The position numbers were made by a program, and so were the translations under genes. From the IMG/VR virus record IMGVR_UViG_3300032373_000001: a DNA stretch of 64,000 bases; one strand, written 5' to 3'. The notes beneath the pieces were generated by a model. It worked only from the letters and a program-made list of their open reading frames with translations. It ran no database searches and was not told the origin of the DNA. How positions within the stretch are numbered: the first letter of the stretch is position 1; the number at the start of each line of letters is the position of its first letter. Positions 35,202-44,300 of this stretch are shown here, in pieces. This DNA comes from a virus (Duplodnaviria; Caudoviricetes).

Positions 35202-37865
35202 CTACCCCTGCTGGTGCATCGCCACCACGCGCAGAGCACTCAGGCGAGAAGCTGGGGGAGCCGTCCTCGTCTCGTGGACCCGGACTGGGGCGGAGGTCAA
35301 TTTGCGGTACTGGTCCACAAAGGCTTCCCCCCCACGTTTCCGATAAGCGCGGCCCTTTAGGACGTCCACTCCCAAGAGGGCACCCTTGATCTTGACTGGA
35401 CCAGGAACGAACTCTTCCGCATTAGTGTACTGGGGATGCTCAGAGCGCGTTGCCATCCCAAACTCAAAAGGCATCATCTTGTGGTGCTCGCGCAATTTGT
35501 TGGCGTCCAGCACCAAACGGACGGGACCATACCTGCGCAAGTCAAACCGGCGAGTCAGGCTCACTCCAGGAACGAGCCCCCGCTCTTTGAGGGCTTCTTG
35601 GAAGTTCTCGGTCGGAGAGATCACCCCGCTCTTGAGGATTCCCGCAGCCCCCTCCAGGGAAGTGAAGTGGTAGAGAGGGGCGCGGTTGGAAGCCTTCTTG
35701 CCCGGCTTATACGGAACCACGTTGTACGGACCCTTCACACGTCGGGTGAATTCCCTCAGGAACTCGTCCTCCCAGGCCAACCCGGCGCTCCAGGGGAAGC
35801 TGATCTCCGGGATCTCTGGCCGAGAGTCGATTACCCCCACCACCACGATCCGGTTCTTGCCGCTGAACCCGACAGGCTCCAGGGAACGGACATTGTGAAT
35901 GGCTCCATCACCGACGTCGGCCGTAGGCTTGAAGAACCGGCTGAATTGCTCGGTCGCGTCACGCAATTTTTGGAAGGTGCCCGTGAACATCGCAGGAGGG
36001 CCCAGCAAATCCCCCAGGGCCTCCTGCGCCTCTGGGGTCGGGGTCTCTCTCAGCATACCCACCGTGCGGGTGTAGTTCCGCCGCAAGCCCCCCTCAATCA
36101 AGTGGGCCAAGTAGGTCAGCAGCAGGTCTCGAGTGACCTGCAGAGCCTTCTGCTTCTGGCGGTCATAGCTCCGTCGAGCATTTGGCCAGCGCCCCAGGAA
36201 CTTGCGGAGGAACTTGTCCAGGAGAGGATCAAAGCTCATCCCCGACATATAGGCGGCAAGCTCCTTCAGCGTGTAGGGGTTGATAGGGTTGCGGGTGTCT
36301 TCTTGAAAGAAGCGGTCAGGGATAAAGGCTCCCCAGCGCTTTGGGATGCGACGGAAATTGCTCCCGGCCACCTCTTCCGCCACCTCAAGGATCGAGTCTT
36401 CATCTTGGATGATGTCCGGCGAGCGGGTCTCCAGGGTGGCCCCAACGATCACGGGCAAGCCTCCGCTGCGAGCAGCAGTCCGTGCAGCATCGTAGGCAAA
36501 GCGTTCCGAGAAGTAGGCCCCGCCGTAGGTCTGGAGGGAGCGCGAGCCGAGCCACTCTTCCTCCCCGTAGACCAAATCCACCCCCGACGGGAGCAGCCCT
36601 TGCTTCAGGATCCCCCGGATGTTCTTGGAGGAGGTTCCATGCCAGAAGAGCTTCCGAGCAGCCTCACGGTCGGAGGAGCCCTGCTTCTCCCTGCGGGACT
36701 GAGCCTGGAGAAGGCGACCCAGCACTGCAACCACATGCTTGCATGCCCCATGTCGGTGGTTCGGGTCCTTCTCGCGAGGGGAGGCTGCGGTCCCTCTGGG
36801 CTTCCCGTAGAGATAGCCGCCGCGCTTGGCCCAGTGCTCGGGACCCTGCCAACGCCAGAACTCGCAGGAGCAAGAGACCTTGATGGAATCTTCTCCCCGA
36901 AGGACCCGAATGCGGTGAGTACCCCCGTCAGAGGCTGCCGCCCTGTACTCCAAGACGCCCAGGCGAACTCCGATGCGAGTCAGCTTCACTTTGCGGGCAC
37001 GCTGGAAGAGGTCACGCGAGCACTTCTGGAGGATGTCTCGGAGGGTGGCCCGTTTGTTATCCGAAGCGGCCTTCGGATAAGTCAACTGCTGCCGTAGAGT
37101 GTTCTTCATGCTGTCGGGGATGACCTTGGCAGAACTGGCAGGCATGTTATTTTTATGGGTCGTGCTGTTCCCCGGCCCCCCAAGGCCGGTCGGCTCGTAG
37201 TGAGTGCCTGGGGTCGTGAAGTGGGAGGAGCCGGAAGGCTGGTAGTGCACTCCCTCTCCTGGCTGCTGCCGGCCAGGGTTCGGGTTCTCCTGCTTGTAGA
37301 GGATGATGTCCCCGGCTCGACGGTCTTCCCACAGCGCCAGCACCACTTCTGCAGCGCACCGCTCGATGGGAGTCTTCTTAGGGGTGAGGCCCTTCTTGCG
37401 CCAGTAGGCCGTGATCACCTTGGCCACGGGCCCAGCGATCTTGAACACCAAGAAGAGGTGCCGCCGGGGGTCAGCCCAGCGAATCAGCGTCCCTTTCTGA
37501 ATGGCCCGCTGGTGCTTCTTGCGCAGCTCGAAGTACAAGGGGCTCTCGTAGCGGGCCCAGAACTCTCGGAACGAGTCGCGAAGGTTTCCCAGAGTGATGC
37601 CGCGCAAGTCCATCCGAAATTGAGCGTGAGCGCTCAACCCGATGAGCTTCATCTCCGGGCCGATGCCCGCGAAGGTCCGATCCGAACGGTAGACGAGGTT
37701 GACTTCGTTCGGGGTGAGGTCCCCGGTAGCGTCCAAGCGGGCCAGCAGCGGTGCGGCATTCTTGGCGCTGAGATGCTTGTTGATGCGTTCTGCTACAGTA
37801 CAAGTCCCTCCAGGAACCCCCAGCGGAGGACGGAGGTCTTTGGCGTAAGACTCTCGGAGCATCAT
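35202..37865 (-). CDS. Multidomain (polyvalent) protein, 887 aa: DUF4258/RelE-like domain, SWIM zinc finger and two ADP-ribosyltransferase-like domains
   Basis: HAQFRMDLRGI...VITAYW; CSC...CKH; WHGTS...GAYFS; YHFTS...VSLTR...AEE. Confidence 0.75.
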   Translation of the reverse strand: MMLRESYAKDLRPPLGVPGGTCTVAERINKHLSAKNAAPLLARLDATGDLTPNEVNLVYRSDRTFAGIGPEMKLIGLSAHAQFRMDLRGITLGNLRDSFREFWARYESPLYFELRKKHQRAIQKGTLIRWADPRRHLFLVFKIAGPVAKVITAYWRKKGLTPKKTPIERCAAEVVLALWEDRRAGDIILYKQENPNPGRQQPGEGVHYQPSGSSHFTTPGTHYEPTGLGGPGNSTTHKNNMPASSAKVIPDSMKNTLRQQLTYPKAASDNKRATLRDILQKCSRDLFQRARKVKLTRIGVRLGVLEYRAAASDGGTHRIRVLRGEDSIKVSCSCEFWRWQGPEHWAKRGGYLYGKPRGTAASPREKDPNHRHGACKHVVAVLGRLLQAQSRREKQGSSDREAARKLFWHGTSSKNIRGILKQGLLPSGVDLVYGEEEWLGSRSLQTYGGAYFSERFAYDAARTAARSGGLPVIVGATLETRSPDIIQDEDSILEVAEEVAGSNFRRIPKRWGAFIPDRFFQEDTRNPINPYTLKELAAYMSGMSFDPLLDKFLRKFLGRWPNARRSYDRQKQKALQVTRDLLLTYLAHLIEGGLRRNYTRTVGMLRETPTPEAQEALGDLLGPPAMFTGTFQKLRDATEQFSRFFKPTADVGDGAIHNVRSLEPVGFSGKNRIVVVGVIDSRPEIPEISFPWSAGLAWEDEFLREFTRRVKGPYNVVPYKPGKKASNRAPLYHFTSLEGAAGILKSGVISPTENFQEALKERGLVPGVSLTRRFDLRRYGPVRLVLDANKLREHHKMMPFEFGMATRSEHPQYTNAEEFVPGPVKIKGALLGVDVLKGRAYRKRGGEAFVDQYRKLTSAPVRVHETRTAPPASRLSALRVVAMHQQG

Positions 37866-37894
37866 CGACCCTCGGAACAGGCGAACCTACCGAG

Positions 37895-38734
37895 TCATGC
37901 GAATAGGTCTTCCAGTGCAAAGGGCTTGGGCCACCCCACGCAGGCGAGGAATTCTTCTCGCTCGATGGTCCCCCCTGTGCGGATACGAGGAACCTTGCGG
38001 CGCTTGACCAGCTCCCAGTCCAAGCCGGGGAAGACTTCCGGTGCCCCTGAGCCGTAAGACACCAGCACCGGCACCCCACGGCTCCGGCAGCGATCGATCA
38101 GGCCCATAGTGGTTGCCGGGTCATAATCCTTCTCTCGAACGTAGCCGCCGACCGTTCCGATGTAGGGCGGGTCCAAGAAGTAGGCGTCTCCCGGCTGGGG
38201 GTCCCAGTCCTCAGCCGCTTTCTGAGTGACCTGCACCCTCCGGGCCAGAGGGAGGAGACGGATTGTCTGGAGGACTGGGAGATTGTGCTGCGGATAGTAG
38301 GTCCACGACCCCCACTGCCCCACATAGGCCCCGCAAGAGTTGAGCTTCAGGTACAAGAGTGGGCCTGGGTCCAGGCCCAAGGTCCTGATGTCGATCTTCT
38401 CTTCCTGTTGCTGGCTCCAATCCAACAGGTGGAGCAGATCCACCTCCGCCTGGGGGGAGCACAACCACTCCCAGAGGGTGATGACCTCCGCGCTCTGGTC
38501 GGAACCGCAGACCTGACCCTCGAAGCCCGCTAAGAGGGCCTGTATACTGAACGCCCCTGAGCCCAGGTAAGGCTCCACCAACCGGCGAGTCCCCGCCGGG
38601 GCCGGAAAGACTGCCCGCTCTCGGTAATTGGGGATCAGCCGGTTCTTGTTGCCTGAGTACCGAAACAGTGAGATCAAACCGACTCCTCTTCTACCCTCTA
38701 TACCGGACCTGAAAAGTTCGGAAATACAACTCAA
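37895..38734 (-). CDS. dam: Dam-like DNA adenine methyltransferase (start uncertain)
   Basis: FRYSGNK, EPYLGSGA (motif I) and DPPY (motif IV) in D12-class order. Confidence 0.9.
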   Translation of the reverse strand: MSCISELFRSGIEGRRGVGLISLFRYSGNKNRLIPNYRERAVFPAPAGTRRLVEPYLGSGAFSIQALLAGFEGQVCGSDQSAEVITLWEWLCSPQAEVDLLHLLDWSQQQEEKIDIRTLGLDPGPLLYLKLNSCGAYVGQWGSWTYYPQHNLPVLQTIRLLPLARRVQVTQKAAEDWDPQPGDAYFLDPPYIGTVGGYVREKDYDPATTMGLIDRCRSRGVPVLVSYGSGAPEVFPGLDWELVKRRKVPRIRTGGTIEREEFLACVGWPKPFALEDLFA

Positions 38735-38824
38735 GGCGTCACGTAACTATACGCCTGCCGAGTGAAGAGCAGGAGCATGGGCGCGCTATTCCGGCCAGCC
38801 CGACAACAAGAAAGAGGTCTTACC

Positions 38825-41149
38825 ATGACGCAGCAGTACCTGCGCGGCGAGCGCAAGCTGTACCTCCTCGACCCCATCCCAAACCCCACCGAAGGCCCCA
38901 AGCCGTCCAAGAGCGTGAGCCACCACGTCCTGATCGTGGACCGGTCCGGTTCCATGTGGGGAGACATCAACGACCTGAAGGCGACCATCCTCCAGGCGCT
39001 GGCAGTGGACTCGGCCGTCAACGGCGACCCGCTGATCACGCTGGTGACCTTCAGCAACATGGTCCGCAAGGTCTTCTGCCGGGTGCCCCTGAGCCGGGTT
39101 CTCCAGCTGGGTTCCCAGGAACACCGCAGCATCCAGGCCATCTCCGCCGGGGGGCTGACCTGCATGAGCAAGGCCCTCTTCCTGGGGTTGGAGGAAGTCC
39201 GCGACGGAGAGACGACGGGCATGACCCTCTTCACCGACGGGTACGCCAACCACCCCAGCACCTACTCCGAGATCTCGAACATCGAGCGGTTCCTTGAAGA
39301 CGCCAAGCAGCGTCAGAACCTGTTCCTCAACACGGTCGGCTACCGAGACTGGTGCGACTGGACCCTGATGCGCCGCATGGCGAACACCCTCAGCGGACGG
39401 AGCGTTCGGGCTCGGAGCTTCCGGGACGTCCTGAGCATCATGCGCGACACCCAGAAGCTGTTGGCAGAAGGCAGCAGCAGGGGCGGGGCACTCTTCGAGG
39501 CACCGGGACGCAAGATCCTCGCCATCGACCAGAGCGCGGGCAACGAGCGAGTGCTCTTCGCAGAAGACAAGCTCGAAGTGCCCATCGTCGCGGACCCCTC
39601 CAAGCTCCACGTCTTCGGGGTCGTTGAGGTCGACGACCCGAAGGCCAGCGTCCACCGCGCTGCCCGCGCAATCAGCCGCGAGCAGTCCTGGATCAGCGGG
39701 GCCTTGGCGCTGGGCTACCTCCAGGCAGGAGACCTCCGCTCGGCGAAGGACATCGTGTTCAAGTCTGGCAACAAGTCCGTCTGGGCCGCTGCGAAGACCG
39801 CCCTCACCCAGACCCAGCTCCAGGCCCTGAGCGACCAACTGCACTCCTGGGCAACAGTCCCGGACGGATTGGGCACCTGGGGGTTCACCTGGGGCCGAAA
39901 CACCCACCCGCAGCACTCGATGGCCGACTTCATGTTCCGCCTCAACGCACTGCCAGATCGGAGCCTGGGGCTGGATGTCGACCGTTTCCTGAAGGACTAC
40001 AAACGTCGCACGGTCCGGCGAGTGCCCTCCGCCACGACCTCCACCAAGCTGCGGTCGCGGGACGGAGTCTACTACCTCAGGGGCATGAGCGCCAACAAGG
40101 ACGAGGCCACCCTCCAGCTCAACACCGTCACCGACGCCGAGCTCCTCAAGGACGGGGACGTCGTCAACACGGTCGAGCACGTCAGCCTGACCCAGCTCAA
40201 GGACTACCGCAGCTACACGGTGATGTCCAGCGGCGAGTACACGGTGGAGTCGCTCCCCCTGCGGGTCTACAACCAGCTGGGCTGGACGGCGGTTCAGGAG
40301 TTTATCGAGGCCAAGTACCGCTCAGGAGGCTTCGTTCCGGGCAAGCTGGTCCGCGTCAACCTCAAGCAGTTCCGGCTCGATGGGGATGCTTCTCCCGACA
40401 CCGGTGCCCTGGCTCAGACGGTCACCGAGATGCTCCAGGCTGAGGCAGAGCTTCGAGTCCTGCGGGCCGCTCAGCAGCCGGATGCGGCCAGCCCCTACAG
40501 CGCCGGTCAGGTTGCCGCGCTGCGCGCCCATGACCTCACTGCGAAGCTGTACTACAGCCCCAAGACGGGCTACAGCTACGACGACCGCGAGGACGCCATC
40601 AACAAGGGTGAGATCGACTGCTACACGCGGTACAAGATCGCCTTCGGAACGGTCGACATCCTCAGCCCCAAGAAGTACCGCTCGGGCAACGCCGCCTTCC
40701 AGCGCTTCTACCGGGTGGCGGTCGACGGCTCCGACGTCAAGAAGCCCAAACTGGCTGACTCCCTCCAGAACCGGACGGCCACCATCACCCGCAAGCCGAC
40801 GGCTTCGTCGAACAACGCCGACGCGAAGATGCTCAGCGCCTTGCGCGGGCTCGTCGGCGGCGGTCGGATGCTCCCGGCCCAGCTGGCCACCCTCCTGGAG
40901 CAGAAGGAAGAGGATGTCACCCGCCTGTACGCAGAGCACCTCCAGCCGTTGGTCTTCGAGATCGGCTGCACGGGGCTGCTCCCGGCTGAGCTGGAGCAGG
41001 ACTTCGAGCGCATGACGGCGGAGGACTTTGCCAAGTCCACCGGGGCCAAGCTCGCCAAGGCTGACCAGGAGACCATCTTCTTCCTGAACAAGGCTTCGGG
41101 CACGGTCATCTCAGTCAGCCCCACGGATGCGTGGTACTCAGTTAGCTGA
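38825..41149 (+). CDS. Large vWA-domain protein, 774 aa
   Basis: MIDAS DRSGS, GLT, and FTDGY motifs; GAGG RBS before ATG at 38825. Confidence 0.85.
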   Translation: MTQQYLRGERKLYLLDPIPNPTEGPKPSKSVSHHVLIVDRSGSMWGDINDLKATILQALAVDSAVNGDPLITLVTFSNMVRKVFCRVPLSRVLQLGSQEHRSIQAISAGGLTCMSKALFLGLEEVRDGETTGMTLFTDGYANHPSTYSEISNIERFLEDAKQRQNLFLNTVGYRDWCDWTLMRRMANTLSGRSVRARSFRDVLSIMRDTQKLLAEGSSRGGALFEAPGRKILAIDQSAGNERVLFAEDKLEVPIVADPSKLHVFGVVEVDDPKASVHRAARAISREQSWISGALALGYLQAGDLRSAKDIVFKSGNKSVWAAAKTALTQTQLQALSDQLHSWATVPDGLGTWGFTWGRNTHPQHSMADFMFRLNALPDRSLGLDVDRFLKDYKRRTVRRVPSATTSTKLRSRDGVYYLRGMSANKDEATLQLNTVTDAELLKDGDVVNTVEHVSLTQLKDYRSYTVMSSGEYTVESLPLRVYNQLGWTAVQEFIEAKYRSGGFVPGKLVRVNLKQFRLDGDASPDTGALAQTVTEMLQAEAELRVLRAAQQPDAASPYSAGQVAALRAHDLTAKLYYSPKTGYSYDDREDAINKGEIDCYTRYKIAFGTVDILSPKKYRSGNAAFQRFYRVAVDGSDVKKPKLADSLQNRTATITRKPTASSNNADAKMLSALRGLVGGGRMLPAQLATLLEQKEEDVTRLYAEHLQPLVFEIGCTGLLPAELEQDFERMTAEDFAKSTGAKLAKADQETIFFLNKASGTVISVSPTDAWYSVS

Positions 41150-41167
41150 CCGTAGGCTACTGGGCAT

Positions 41168-41195
41168 GGCCTCTCCCGCCAGGGAGGGGCCTTTT
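41168..41195 (+). terminator. Rho-independent terminator
   Basis: GGCCTCTCCC-GCCA-GGGAGGGGCC followed by TTTT, right after the vWA stop. Confidence 0.75.
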
Positions 41196-41234
41196 CAATT
41201 GCGGGTGCACGTAAGCACCCCGCAAGAGGGAAAC

Positions 41235-41657
41235 ATGCCAAACTTCGACCGATGGACCCGCGAACAACTCATCGAGGCGGCCAAGAACAGGGCCAGCATG
41301 CCCGAGGGCTTGGAGGAGCTCTCCGACCGTCGCCTATTAGAGGTGATCGCAGTGAACCTGTTCCGGCGCAAGGAGACGGCCACCGCACTGGCTCAGGCGA
41401 CCCGATACTTCTGGGGAGTACTGGAAGAAAAAGGGCACATCAGCCTGCTCAAGGAATCAGTGATGAGGGTCCTTGCCCTTGATGTGCTTCGAGGGCTGGC
41501 TTCCGACGACTGGGACGACGAGTTCAACCTCAGTCGTCGGATCAGCCTCGACTACGCCGCATCAGTCGTCGGCATCGAAGACACCCCCGAGAACCGAACA
41601 CTCCTGCGCCGGCACCTGGAGGCCCTCCCCGAGTACATGGCGAGAAGGTTCCGCTGA
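41235..41657 (+). CDS. Hypothetical protein, 140 aa
   Basis: GAGG RBS before ATG at 41235. Confidence 0.7.
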   Translation: MPNFDRWTREQLIEAAKNRASMPEGLEELSDRRLLEVIAVNLFRRKETATALAQATRYFWGVLEEKGHISLLKESVMRVLALDVLRGLASDDWDDEFNLSRRISLDYAASVVGIEDTPENRTLLRRHLEALPEYMARRFR

Positions 41658-41771
41658 ACTGTAGCGCCTACACCGTGGGGAACGAGGCAGACTACCCTGC
41701 GGAGGAACGCGGGCATTCTACAAAAGGGGGCTTGCTCTGAGGGTAAGGTAGACTGCTGCCGTGGAGGTCTT

Positions 41772-42758
41772 GTGAGCTACGATGTTGTCCTGGTCGACTG
41801 CATGAACCTGCTGCACCGAGCAGCGCATGCGTACCGTCACCTGTACGTCCAGACGCCCCAAGGGGGCATGATCGAGACGGGGCCTGCCTTCGGCTTCATC
41901 AACATGACCTTGGGCATCCACGAGAAGTTCTGCCGACCAGGCGGTCAGATGATCTTCTGCTGGGACGCAGGCTATCAGCACCGGCTGGAGATCCACCCCG
42001 GCTACAAGGCTTCTCGTCGAGAGAAGAAGGAGAAACCTCCCAAGGAGGATCGGGTCGCAATGGGTCCGCAGGTCCAAGCTGTTCGTAAGCTGATCGGACT
42101 GGCGGGATGGGCTCAGGCCAAGGCTTCAGGGTACGAGGCGGACGACGTGATGGCAGCACTCGCCGCACGACACCGCGACTCAAAGTCCGTTGCCATCTAC
42201 ACCGGGGATCAGGACCTCCACCAGAGCGTCCGCAACAACGTCCACGTCATCTCAGGCAAGTCCGGCAAGGAGACGGTGTGGACCCTGCGCGAGGTTCAAG
42301 AGAAGTGGGGGAACCCCCCGGAGCGGATCGCGGAGATGAAAGGGATCATCGGCGACCCCGGAGACGACATCCCTGGGTGCCCGAAGGTCGGGATGGTCAT
42401 GGCGAAGAAGCTGTTCGCCCAGTACGGCGGGGTCCGTAAGATTATCCAAGCCGCTCAGCAGGAAGGTGCGCTTCTCCAGGGGGAGTACAACGGGAAGTCC
42501 TGGAAGGCCAAGGCAGTGACTGCTAAGGTGGCGGCTCACGCCGAAGACATCCTCATGAGCTGGGAGCTGGCGAGGGTCATTGAGGACTGCGAAGTGCTGA
42601 TCCGTCAAGAAGACCCCAACCAGCCGGGACTGCGCAAATCCTTCAACTTCTTGGAGTTCAGCTCCCTGCTGATGCCTGACCGTTGGAACCAGATCCTTCA
42701 GGTGGCAGGCAAGGAGCCCCCCGCCCAGACAGGCCTGTTCGACCTGTTCCTGGCGTGA
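41772..42758 (+). CDS. 5'-3' exonuclease / flap endonuclease (PolA N-terminal, T4 RNase H-like), 328 aa
   Basis: VDCMNLLHRA, YKASR, EADD, TGDQD, GDPGDDIPG (helix-3-turn-helix) motifs. Confidence 0.95.
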   Translation: MSYDVVLVDCMNLLHRAAHAYRHLYVQTPQGGMIETGPAFGFINMTLGIHEKFCRPGGQMIFCWDAGYQHRLEIHPGYKASRREKKEKPPKEDRVAMGPQVQAVRKLIGLAGWAQAKASGYEADDVMAALAARHRDSKSVAIYTGDQDLHQSVRNNVHVISGKSGKETVWTLREVQEKWGNPPERIAEMKGIIGDPGDDIPGCPKVGMVMAKKLFAQYGGVRKIIQAAQQEGALLQGEYNGKSWKAKAVTAKVAAHAEDILMSWELARVIEDCEVLIRQEDPNQPGLRKSFNFLEFSSLLMPDRWNQILQVAGKEPPAQTGLFDLFLA

Positions 42759-43589
42759 TCAGCTGTCCAGCGTACTGATCTGAGTCACCGAATAGCTCAA
42801 CCGAAAGGCCGCTGTATTATCGGAGTTGGCAGTGCTCGTCTCCCCGAAGGTCATCAGCGCCAAGTAGACCGGGGAACCTTCCGGGAAGGGGGTGCCTTCG
42901 ATTCCGGAAGTGTCTGTCACGCCTTCGGACCGGACCTGAATTCGAGTCCCGTCAGGCTGGACGTTCTCAACCCCCGCGCACTTGACGGTCCGTTGCCGGG
43001 TGAAGTTGAAGTCGACATCACAATAGAAGGAAGCCGCCGAAGGGTCGTAGGAAGACCCTGATGTAGCTCCGACGCTCCTCGCAAAGGACCCATTGTTGAT
43101 CCGCTTGACAGAACAGCAAGGAAGGTTCCCCCCTGTGAGCTGAAACCCAAACCCGTAAGCAGTATCTCCGGAGACGACGGCCGAGTCGAAGATTCTGTGG
43201 GTAAGCATCGCCACCAACCCTTGGCGAGGATTGCCGTCATCCCCGAGGGAAGTGTAGCGGTCCACAAAGAGGCTGAGACGCACCTTGAAGTTGTCCCCCC
43301 AAGTGACCCCAGGAATCACCCAGTAATGGGTCCGGGCCACGGTCGGGTCCCGGCTGAACACCGCATCGTAGCTCACAGTGGAAAGCCCGGTCGATCCCGC
43401 AGTCTCCGAGTCGAGGTTGAACGCGGACGTCCCGGAGGTCGCAACGGAATCCCCGACCAACACGCGGGTCCACGAAGGGGCGGCAGCGGCTTCCCCCTCG
43501 GCCTCTTTCTCGTTGCCGTAGTCGACCGGGTTGAACCCGCCAGCGGGGTTGTTGCCTCGAAACTTGAGGTTGTAGAAGGGAACGCCCAT
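42759..43589 (-). CDS. Putative virion protein, 276 aa
   Basis: GGAG RBS before ATG at 43589; CGGTT-N6-CTAT motif at 43636-43650; beta-rich composition. Confidence 0.55.
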   Translation of the reverse strand: MGVPFYNLKFRGNNPAGGFNPVDYGNEKEAEGEAAAAPSWTRVLVGDSVATSGTSAFNLDSETAGSTGLSTVSYDAVFSRDPTVARTHYWVIPGVTWGDNFKVRLSLFVDRYTSLGDDGNPRQGLVAMLTHRIFDSAVVSGDTAYGFGFQLTGGNLPCCSVKRINNGSFARSVGATSGSSYDPSAASFYCDVDFNFTRQRTVKCAGVENVQPDGTRIQVRSEGVTDTSGIEGTPFPEGSPVYLALMTFGETSTANSDNTAAFRLSYSVTQISTLDS

Positions 43590-43652
43590 GCCGTACTCCG
43601 GGAGAGTGGGGGTTGCTCTTGGTCCCCTACTCCCCATAGCCGGGCAACCGGC

Positions 43653-43811
43653 TCAGTCCCTATTGACGGACTCGCGCACAGTCTTGCAGGGAGTCTTCCC
43701 TGCAACTTCTCGGAGGGTCGTCTTGATGGCGTGGCGTTGGTCCGCCTGACGAGCAACGGCATCTTCTCCGGTGGCGTTGATCTTGATGGCGTGGTTGCGC
43801 TTCTCGTGCAT
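43653..43811 (-). CDS. Small protein, 52 aa, with a duplicated HAIK motif
   Basis: GAGGA RBS; fills the gap between genes; below the ORF-track cutoff. Confidence 0.55.
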   Translation of the reverse strand: MHEKRNHAIKINATGEDAVARQADQRHAIKTTLREVAGKTPCKTVRESVNRD

Positions 43812-43820
43812 GGTATCCTC

Positions 43821-44300
43821 TCAGAGGCGGTTGTCGACAGAGTACCCGTTGAGGGCGGCTTCGTACCCATCCGCCTGTTCCGCCAGCAGGCTAACCCCAA
43901 CTTGGCGTTCTGTCGGGGGATTCGTCTCCCCCGACAGCTTGCGGAGCGCACCTACGAACTCCGGATAGTCGAATCTCCGCAAGAACTCTTCGGGGCTCAA
44001 CGGCTTCGCAGGCTCGTATGCCCCGGAGTATCCCTGGTGCTCCGAAGCGCACAAGAGGAGGGTGCCCAGCTGCCGCAGCGAAAGGCGGCTCGCAGCAAAG
44101 TCCAGCTCCGCTCCCATAGCCCCAAAAGAGTCCATGGAAAGGCTGAGGCGAGGACCCATCCCCGCATCGTACACCCGGAAGCTCACTCCCCCGTTACCGA
44201 CGTGGAAGTACCCCTCCTGAACCGTGCGACCCTGACCCGTGTTGCGTGCGACCTTGGCTACGCCCTCTTGCTCCAGGCTGTAGGCGAGCTTCTTTCTCAC
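43821..44300 (-). CDS. Leader family-A variant protein (MRKKLAYSLEQEGVAKVAR), 159 aa
   Basis: GTGA-coupled start; leader similarity. Confidence 0.7.
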   Translation of the reverse strand: MRKKLAYSLEQEGVAKVARNTGQGRTVQEGYFHVGNGGVSFRVYDAGMGPRLSLSMDSFGAMGAELDFAASRLSLRQLGTLLLCASEHQGYSGAYEPAKPLSPEEFLRRFDYPEFVGALRKLSGETNPPTERQVGVSLLAEQADGYEAALNGYSVDNRL

